A stretch of 25,126 bases of DNA from Octopus sinensis (Eukaryota): positions 1 to 25,126 of the forward strand of contig NW_021836204.1 in NCBI RefSeq assembly GCF_006345805.1. Direction: 5' to 3'. Each line of letters begins with the position of its first letter. The first letter of the stretch is position 1. The notes under the pieces were generated by a model. It had not been told where the DNA came from and did no database searches. It saw only the letters and a list, made by a program, of their open reading frames with translations. Positions 9,294 through 19,200 of the stretch are shown piece by piece. Both the position numbers and the translations under genes were made by a program.

Positions 9294-10136
9294 ATGGATC
9301 CGGAAGGAGAAAAAAATCCAGAACGTCCAAAGAGTATATTTCATTTGCTTAGAAACAGCTTTAAAAAGGGTTTTTCTTCGCCGAGCAAAACCAAGAAAGT
9401 CGAAGGAATCGAAACACACGAAGATCCCAACATCAAAGAAAACGACGCTGTGAAGAACGGCATTCTCAGAACAGAAACGTCGCAGGATAACAGCACAACA
9501 GCCTCTAGTGTTAGTAAGTCACTTAAAAAATATCTCCCTGAAACTTCTCTAGATTTGAATTTGGATTCAAATTTAAACGGAGGACTAGAAACACCTAAAC
9601 AATATGTTGCTCCGTTGGGATCTGCCGAAAGCCAGAAAGAAGGCGTCGAGGAATCAGAAGCAGAAGAAAAGGAAGAAAAAGAAAAAGATGTAAGAACTGA
9701 AGAACAAGAAAAAATCGTAATAACTAAAGAGAAAGAAAAAGATGTACTGACTGAAGAAATAGAAAAAGGTGTAAAAACTGAAGAAAATGAAAATGAAAAA
9801 GAAAAAGATGTGGCGAAAACTGAAGAAATAGAAAAAGATGTGGCGAAAACTGAAGAAATAGAAAAAGATGTGGCGAAAACTGAAGAAATAGAAAAAGATG
9901 TGGCGAAAACTGAAGAAATAGAAAAAGATGTGGCGAAAACTGAAGAAATAGAAAAAGATGTGGCGAAAACTGAAGAAATAGAAAAAGATGTGGCGAAAAC
10001 TGAAGAAATAGAAAAAGATGTGGCGAAAACTGAAGAAATAGAAAAAGATGTGGCGAAAACTGAAGAAATAGAAAAAGATGTGGCGAAAACTGAAGAAATA
10101 GAAAAGAGGTGGCGAAAAAACGAAGAAAAGAAATAG
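9294..10136 (+). CDS. giant acidic disordered protein, segment 1 (N-terminus and 10-aa DVAKTEEIEK repeats); frame breaks at about 10105
   Basis: ATG in good context (aaaATGg) with in-frame stops upstream. The repeat register is lost by a 1-nt deletion in a poly-A run, after which the repeat continues in another frame. Confidence 0.75.
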   Translation: MDPEGEKNPERPKSIFHLLRNSFKKGFSSPSKTKKVEGIETHEDPNIKENDAVKNGILRTETSQDNSTTASSVSKSLKKYLPETSLDLNLDSNLNGGLETPKQYVAPLGSAESQKEGVEESEAEEKEEKEKDVRTEEQEKIVITKEKEKDVLTEEIEKGVKTEENENEKEKDVAKTEEIEKDVAKTEEIEKDVAKTEEIEKDVAKTEEIEKDVAKTEEIEKDVAKTEEIEKDVAKTEEIEKDVAKTEEIEKDVAKTEEIEKDVAKTEEIEKRWRKNEEKK

Positions 10137-10233
10137 AAAAAGTGTGGCGAAAAATGAAGAAATAGAAAAAGATATGTGGGCGAAAACTGAAGAAATAGAA
10201 AAAGATGCGGCGAAAACTGAAGAAATCGAAAAA
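9807..10233 (+). repeat. coding 30-bp tandem repeat, 14 units (DVAKTEEIEK)
   Basis: Nine identical copies of gatgtggcgaaaactgaagaaatagaaaaa at 9807-10076, then units of 29, 36, 29, 33 and 30 nt. Confidence 0.95.
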
Positions 10234-13200
10234 GATATTGAAAGAATTGAAGAAAGAGAAAGAGATGTAGTAAGTGAAGAAATAGAAAAAGAAGTTGTAA
10301 CAACTGAAGAAAGACAAAAGGATGCTATATTTGAAGAAAATGAAAAAGTTGTAAAAAGAATTGAGAAAGAAGGAGAAAAAGCTGCAATAATTACGGAAAA
10401 AGAAAAAGAAGAAATTATTGAAGAAGATGTAAAAGAACAAAAAATAGAAACTGAAGAGTCTATAAATAACCATGTTTCTTCCGATGGTGAAAATGTAGTT
10501 GTAAGAAATGGTAATTCACAAAGAGATAAAGATCTGATTGGTGCATACACAGAAAAGAATGTTGAACAAGAATGTGATGTGTCTGGAACTGCAGAAAAGC
10601 CACTGTCTCTGTTAAATTATATTCAAAGTAGTTCAACTATGGCTGAAAATAAAGTGGAGCCTCATGTGACATCAGACCAACTCTGTGAAAAACCTGATTT
10701 GACCGCAACAGATATATACAGCTCTGAAGATTCATCATCCCGTGCTGGAAAGCACGAATCCACGTTGCTCTCTAACGAAGATAAGGTTCTCCCAGACAAA
10801 AAGGACAACGTTTCCTCTCAATCGTTCCCTTCTGCTGCTTCTCTTCCTTCCCATTCTTCTTACTTTGAAGAGAAACAATTAGACAAGGAAAAGGAAGAGC
10901 CAAAACCAGAAAGTAATTCGTCAGATCCATTATCTTCGGAAGTTAAAATGGATAGTAAGAATGATAATACTGATAGCTCTGAAAATAAAAAAGATATCTC
11001 AGACAGTGTTGCTCCCAAAATTACACGTCAGCCAGAATTTTCGAGATGGGGTGCGTTTCTTCCAAAGCCATATTCGAAAACATCACAACAACCCTTCAAG
11101 AAATTTTCACAATTTTTTCTGGGTAAATCGAAGTCAGCAGCGAAGCTTTCGTCAGATTCATCGCCGCAGTTACAATCAACGAGTTCAACAACCACCAATT
11201 CCGCAATCCCGCCAACTCTTCGCACCGATTCCTCACTTCCTTTATTACCCTCGCAAATTGCAACATCCTCTCCCAGACACGCTAACCAGCAGTTGCAATC
11301 TCAAGAACAAATTTCTACACCTTTACACCCTCAGCACACACTATCTTCGTCTTCCATACCACAATCAAAAATATCTTCAGTGGAATTATCTCCATCATTG
11401 TCCGCGGCACCGTCCCCACCTCAAGCTGAAATAATGACCACAGCATCCTCTGTGACACTGGATACAGTACAACTTGATGCATTAAAGAAGGAAACATCTG
11501 TGACATTGCATGAGGTGCCATCTGTCACTCCAGATAAGAAACTGCCGGAGGTACCATCCATCACATTGAGTGAAAAACTACCTGAGGTCCCATCGGTGAC
11601 ATTAGATGAGAAACTGCCTGAGGTACCATCAGTGACATTAGATGAGAAACTGCCTGAGGTACAATCCGTGACATTGAATGAGAAACTGCCTGATGTACCA
11701 TCAGTGACATTAGATGAGAAACTTCCTGAGGTACCATCAGTGACATCGGATAAGAAACTGCCTGAGGTACCATCAGTGACATTAGATGAGAAACTGCCTG
11801 AGGTACCATCAGTGACATTGGATGAGAAACTGCCTGAGGTACAATCCGTGACATTGAATGAGAAACTGCCTGAGGTACCATCAGTGACATTAGATGAGAA
11901 ACTTCCTGAGGTACCATCAGTGACATTGGATAAGAAACTGCCTGAGGTACCATCAGTGACATTAGATGAGAAACTGCCTGAGGTACCATCAGTGACATTG
12001 GATGAGAAACTGCCTGAGGTACAATCCGTGACATTGAATGAGAAACTGCCTGAGGTACCATCAGTGACATTAGATGAGAAACTTCCTGATGTACCATCAG
12101 TGACATTGGATAAGAAACTGCCTGAGGTACCATCAGTGACATTAGATGAGAAACTGCCTGAGGTACCATCAGTGACATTAGATGAGAAACTGCCTGAGGT
12201 ACAATCCGTGACATTGAATGAGAAACTGCCTGATGTACCATCAGTGACATTAGATGAGAAACTACCTGAGGTACCATCAGTGTCATTAGATGAGAAACTG
12301 TCTGAGGTACCATCAGTGACATTAGATGAGAAACTGCCTGAGGTACCATCAGTGACATTGGATGAGACGCTGCCTGAGGTACAATCCGTGACATTGAGTG
12401 AAAAACTTCCCGAGTTGCCATCTGTGACATTGGATGAGAAACTGCCTGAGGTACCATCAGTGACATTAGATGAGAAACTGCCTGAGATACCATCGGTGAC
12501 ATTGAATGAGAAACTGCCTGAAGTACCATCAGTGACATTGGATGAGAAACTGCCTGAGGTACCATCAGTGACATTAGATGAGAAACTGCCTGAGGTACCA
12601 TCAGTGACATTAGATGAGAAACTGCCTGAGATACCATCAGTGACATTAGATGAGAAACTGCCTGAGGTACAATCTGTGACATTGAGTGAAAAACTTCCCA
12701 AGTTGCCATCTGTGACATTGGATGAGAAACTGCCTGAGGTACCATCAGTGGCATTGGATGAGAAACTGCCTGAGGTACAATCCGTGACATTGAGTGAAAA
12801 ACTTCCCGAGTTGCCATCTGTGACATTGGATGAGAAACTGCCTGAGGTACCATCAGTGACATTAGATGAGAAACTGCCTGAGGTACCATCAGTGACATTA
12901 GATGAGAAACTCCCTGAGGTACCATCAGTGACATTAGATGAGAAACTGCCTGAGGTACCATCAGTGACATTGGATGAGAAACTGCCTGAGGTACCATCAG
13001 TGACATTAGATGAGAAATTGCCTGAGGTACCATCAGTGACATTAGATGAGAAACTGCCCGAGGTACCATCAGTGACATTGGATGAGAAACTGCCTGAGGT
13101 ACCATCAGTGACATTAGATGAGAAACTGCCTGAGGTACCATCAGTGACATTGGATAAGAAACTGCCTGAGGTACCATCAGTGACATTGGATGAGAAACTG

Positions 13201-16200
13201 CCTGAGGTACCATCAGTGACATTAGATGAGAAACTGCCTGAGGTACCATCAGTGACATTGGATGAGAAACTGCCTGAGGTACAATCCGTGACATTGAGTG
13301 AAAAACTTCCCGAGTTGCCATCTGTGACATTGGATGAGAAACTGCCTGAGGTACCATCAGAGTCATTAGATGAGAAACTGCCTGAGGTACCATCAGTGAC
13401 ATTGAATGAGAAACTGCCTGAGGTACCATCAGTGACATTAGATGAGAAACTGCCTGAGGTACCATCAGTGACATTAGATGAGAAACTGCCTGAGGTACCA
13501 TCAGTGACATTAGATGAGAAACTGCCTGAGGTACCATCAGTGACATTAGATGAGAAACTGCCTGAGGTACCATCAGTGACATTAGATGAGAAACTGCCGG
13601 AGGTACCATCAGTGACATTAGATGAGAAACTGCCTGAGGTACCATCAGTGACATTAGATGAGAAACTGCCTGAGGTACCATCAGTGACATTGAATGAGAA
13701 ACTGCCTGAGGTACCATCAGTGACATTAGATGAGAAACTGCCTGAGGTACCATCAGTGCCATTAGATGAGAAACTGCCTGAGGTACCATCAGTGACATTA
13801 GATGAGAAACTGCCTGAGGTACCCACAGTGTCATTAGATGAGAAACTGCCTGAGGTGCCATCTGTGTCATTAGATGAGAAACTGCCTGATGTACCATCAG
13901 TGACTTTAGATGAGAAACTGCCTGAGGTACCATCAGTGACATTAGATGAGAAACTGCCTGAGGTACCATCAGTGACATTGGATGAGAAACTGCCTGAGGT
14001 ACAATCAGTGACATTAGATGAGAAGCTCCCTGAGATACCATCAGTGACACTGGGAGATAAACTCCCTGAGGTGCCATCTGTGATATTAGATGAAAAGTTG
14101 CCTGAGGTAGTATCTGTGACACTGGATGAGAAAATGCCGGAGGTACCATCTATGCCATTGGAAAACAAGCAGATCGAGGTACCATCTGTACCACAGTCTT
14201 ATTCACAATCTGAGGTACAGGCTAAGGAATTGACTGTGCTTCAATTTAATGCATTGCTTGAGTCTACCTCTTTAAACCCAGTTGAGGAACTATCTGTAAG
14301 ACCAACTGTTGCTGTGTCTGAAGCGCAATCTCTAAAATTAAGTGAGGTACCGCCCCTAGTACCAACACCGGAACCGTCTTTGGCACCATCAGTGACACAA
14401 TCTGTGGAATCATCTCTGGACTTATCTCCTGAAGTGTCTGTAGAATCATCCATAACGGTATCTGAGGTTTCCTCCCTTAATTCGTCTGCTACTTTTCCTC
14501 TCTCACAATCACCTTCTACACAAACTTTGCACTCATTGCCACCGACACCACCTGGAACGATGTCGCCGATGCAGCCTGAAACAGAAATACCTCTGCTAAC
14601 ACAACCGTCGACATCCCCGACAACTTCCCGTTTCTTTTTTTCGTCACCATCGACAGAGACTTCCTCTTCCCCCACCTCGTCTCTAACCACGCTGTCGTCA
14701 CATTCTCGTGCAACGCCACCGACAGCGAGTGTTGAAGGAGATAGCAGCAGTGTGAACGGAAATTTTACAATTATATACCAAGATGCTAACCACGTAGTCC
14801 AGCACCTAAGCGACGACATGTACAAGACAATGAAACAGAGCATCAAACGAGGCCGTGTGAAGGAACTGCAGAAGATATTTTCTGCATACATATATGACAA
14901 AGATGACTTGCATCAAAATAAAGCCCACTATATAAATGGCGGAGAAATATCAGATACTTCTTGGGCACATACAATCGGAACGAAACCAATAGGATATAAA
15001 CCAGTAGAAAGTAATTTGAATCAGATACTTCGTGTACAAAACAAGCAAAACGAAGTACAACGAGAAGAAAAAGAACTGAAAACAGGGGAAGAAAAGAAAG
15101 AACTACTCAATTATGAACTGGAGCAAAAACAGCAAATAGAGATAACAGAAAATACTTTCATCAACGCAGATGTGGCCTCCGTTCCCCTCTATTCTACTCC
15201 AGACAATGCTATGCAAAGTGGAGACACTATTTATAAAACAGAGCCAAATATACTGACAAATATATCGGACACATCATTTAATACGTCCGAAGCTGAGGAA
15301 GTGGGGCTGGTTTCTGAACGTCTCATTAACGTCGAGCAACAACAAACAGAAGAGTCTCTATCGCTACCGTCGACTGGTTTTCAAACTACGATCACATCAG
15401 ATATAATGTATCCTGAGCAGCAATGTAGATTGGAATCGATGTCTAAAATTAACGACAACATCCGGAACGAAAGCGACGAGAATAGCAGTTACGAAATAAT
15501 TAATACGATCACCAACAACGACAACAGTAATATCGACATTAAAAGCAACAACGACAATGATCTCTACAGCAACAACAACGATATAAAAGGTGTCATTGAA
15601 ACAAAAACGGATAATTATGTTCGCGGAGAAGATATGACAGAAGAGGTGCTTGTTGTTGAGGTGAATAGAAAGGTGGAAACTATCAACGACAGTAATGTCG
15701 TTAACGAACAAAACAGTAGCCAGATCAACAATATACATGGCGACGACGACGACGACGATAACAACAATAACAACATCACCTTGGGGACGTTTTCCACAGA
15801 TGAGGGGAAAACTGAATCACTGTTGTACTCAAGAAATATTTCAGAGTCAACGGTGACCGACCAGGAGTACAGCAATGGAATTAGAACCAGTGGAAATGAA
15901 GAATTCATAGTAAAAGATATTCCATCAGAAACATCAGGCGAATCCGAAATCGTAGAACAACAAATAGAAAACCAGATAACCAATAAAATTGATGCCAATA
16001 CAGAGCTTGAAGTTGAAGCTGAAGTAGGGAACGAGCTTAGTGAGACGTCTGTAAAGCCAATTAGAAAAGAAGAAACCGAACAGTCTGGTAGAGAGGATGC
16101 CGAGATCAGAAAAAAAGATTTACCACAAAGCCCAGAAAAAGTTCATAACAAAACCAATATACAAGAATTGTCGATTTTCGACATTTCAAAAACTGTCAGA

Positions 16201-19200
16201 AAACACAAAGTAAGAAAACTTGCAAGGATCTGGCCGCCAACAAGATATGCGGATGATGAAGCAGATACATATCTTAATTTTCAACCTTGGAAGAAAGAAA
16301 ATGACATGAATTCAGAGAAAGAGAATCAAAATGCTGGTGGAAATGTGGAAGACAATGAAACTAACTTGTTGAACGGTACTCAGACACACATCCTAGAAGA
16401 TACCGCAACTGTGATTGAGAAATACAGACCAACAGCTCAAGAAAGACTCAGAATTGTTAACAAACATATTGGAGAAAGAACAGTTGGTGTAACTAAAGGA
16501 CTCCTGCCCTCACCTGACAGTAAAGTTGTACATGAGACCGTGGAAGTTAGCCCACCCACAGACACACAAGAAACTCTCCCTTCAGTAAACAAAGAAATTG
16601 TATATGAGACTATAGAAGATAGCCCGCCAACAGTAGCACAAGAAACCTCTGACAGAGAGATACATGAGACTGTGGAAGTTAGCCCATCGACAGATTTGAC
16701 AAACTTTGCTGAAATTTCATCAGTCAAGGAAGCCGAAGAATGTTTAGAAACCTTGCCTGCAATGAAAAGTGAAACTATAATGAAAGCTTGTGATGAACCC
16801 CTCTTTAAAAAAACAGAAGAATCTATCACTTTCTTGAAGAAAGAAGATGCTGATGATGTTAAAGAAATTACTTCTGCTACAAAAGATGAAGAAAATTTTG
16901 TCCCAGATAAGCGCGTTGCTGACGTGCACTCATTGAATGACTCTGAAATAACTGGCAAAATTATTAAGACTGAGCAATCACGTAGACCCAGTGTTCAAGA
17001 AAGACTCAGGATTGTAAACAGCCGGATTACTCAGATAAGAAATAATATTCCGGCTCAACAAACAGAAGAAATTATCCTTAAAACAAATGAGATTGCTCCT
17101 GATACAAAGGTCCCTGAGACAACTGATTCTGTAACCAGTAATACTGCACACGGTCTTCATGAGGTAACCCCACTAATTCAGTCACAAGGATTCAGTACCC
17201 TGAACACTGAAGTTGCACACAAGTCCGCGGAAGTTAGCCCACCATTAAACACACAAGAATCTATTCTTTCAGTAAGCAAAGAAGTTGTACAGGATTCTGT
17301 AGAAGCTAGCCTTCCAACCGTCACACAAGAAGCTGTCTCTTCAGTGGACAGTGAAGTCGTACATGAAGTTGTGGAAGTTAGTCTTCCAACCGTCACACAA
17401 GAAGCTCTCCCTTCAGTGGACAGTGAAGTCGTACATGAAGTTGTGGAAGTTAGCCTTCCAACCGTCACACAAGAAGCTCTCCCTTCAGTGGACAGTGAAG
17501 TCGTAGATGAAACTGTGGAAGTTAGCCTACCAACCATCACACAAGAAACTTTTCCTCCAGTGGACAGCGAAGTCGTACATGAAATTGTAGAAGTTAGCCC
17601 ACCAACCGTCACACAAGAAACGCTCTCTTCAGTGGACAGTGGAATCGTACATGAAGTTGTGGAAGTCAGCCTACCAACCATCACACAAGAAGCACTTCCT
17701 CCAGTGGACAGTGAAGTGGCATATGAAGCTGTGGAAATTAGCCCACCAACCGTCACACAAGAGACTATCCATTCAGTGGACAGCGAAGTCGTACATGAAA
17801 TTGTGGAAGTTAGCCTACCAACCGTCATTCAAGAACCTGTCCATTCAGTGGACAGTGAAGTCACACATCAAATTGTGGAAGTTAGCCTACCAACCGTCTC
17901 ACAAGAGGCTGTCCCTTCAGTGGGCAGTGAAGTCGTAGATGAAACTGTGGAAGTCAGCCTTCCAACCGTCACACAAGAAGCTCTCCCTTCAGTGGACAGA
18001 GAAGTCGTACATGAAATTGTGGAAGTTAGCCTACCAACCGTCTCACAAGAGGCTGTCCCTTCAGTGGGCAGTGAAGTCGTAGATGAAACTGTGGAAGTCA
18101 GCCTTCCAACCGTCACACAAGAAGCTGTCCCTTCAGTGGACAGCGAAGTCGTACATGAAATTGTGGAAGTTAGCCTACCAACCGTCTCACAAGAGGCTGT
18201 CCCTTCAGTGGACAGTGAAGTCGTAGATGAAACTGTGGAAGTCAGCCTTCCAACCGTCACACAAGAAGCTGTCCCTTCAGTGGACAGCGAAGTCGTACAT
18301 GAAATTGTGGAAGTTATCCTACCAACTGTCTCACAAGAGGCTGTCCCTTCAGTGGGCAGTGAAGTCGTAGATGAAACTGTGGAAGTTAGCCTTCCAGCCG
18401 TCACACAAGAGGCTGTACCTTCAGTGGACAGCGAAGTCGTACATGAAGTTGTGGAAGTTAGCCCCCCAATCGTCTCACAAGAGGCTATCCCTTCAGTGGA
18501 CAGCGAAGTCGTACAGGAAGTTGTGGAAGTCAGCCTACCAGCCGTCATTCAAGAACCTGTCCATTCAGTGGACAGTGAAGTCACACATCAAATTGTGGAA
18601 GTTAGCTTACCAACCGTCTCACAAGAGGCTGTCCCTTCAGTGGACAGTGAAGTCGTACATGAAGTTGTGGAAGTTAGCCTTCCAACCGCCACACAAGAAG
18701 CTCTCCCTTCAGGGGAAAACGAAGTCGTAGGTGAGACTGTGGAAGTTAGCCTATCAACCGTCACAAAAGAAACGCCTCCTTCACTAGATCAAGTAGTAGG
18801 TGAAGATTTCGAAGTTACCCCTATAAGCTATGAAGTTGCCCCTTCTTCGGTAACAAGTGAAAATATACAAGTTATTTCGGAAATGAACCCACCTGTGGAT
18901 ATTCCATCTGATTTTGAAGTACAACCTGTTGTTATCCCTGGCAATGATGAGGTTTTAATAGAAAAAGAAGAAGGGCTTCATGCTTCATCGGCGATGAATA
19001 CTGAGCAAGTTGAACGTGTGAATGTGGAAGAGGATACGATAAGCCTTGCAGAGAGTATTTCTGATACAATACCTGATAAATTCGAGAGCATAATGGCGTA
19101 CGTTTTGCAAAGGGAAAACAGTCAAGGAAGTAACGAGATAATAAGCGACCATGCAGAATTACCAGAATGCTACAAGCAAGGTTCGCTTCTCTCCATTTCG

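Noticed and set aside
9341-10550. Phe/Ser-rich antisense ORFs resembling membrane proteins
   Set aside because: Reverse complement of GAA/AAA-rich coding sequence and the 30-bp repeat.
11421-14168. 915-aa and 862-aa antisense ORFs (NVTDGTSGSFSS and MSLMVPQAVSHL repeats), superficially mucin-like or ice-nucleation-like
   Set aside because: They are confined to the 36-bp array, whose reverse complement happens to lack stops in two frames. Only the + frame continues into unique sequence on both sides.
17178-18730. Antisense and alternative-frame ORFs over the 72-bp array
   Set aside because: Shadows of the tandem repeat; they break wherever a unit variant creates a stop.
9807-18810. Regular 30/36/72-bp repeats as a CRISPR array
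   Set aside because: Head-to-tail units without unique spacers, lengths in multiples of 3 within an ORF, eukaryotic context, no cas genes.
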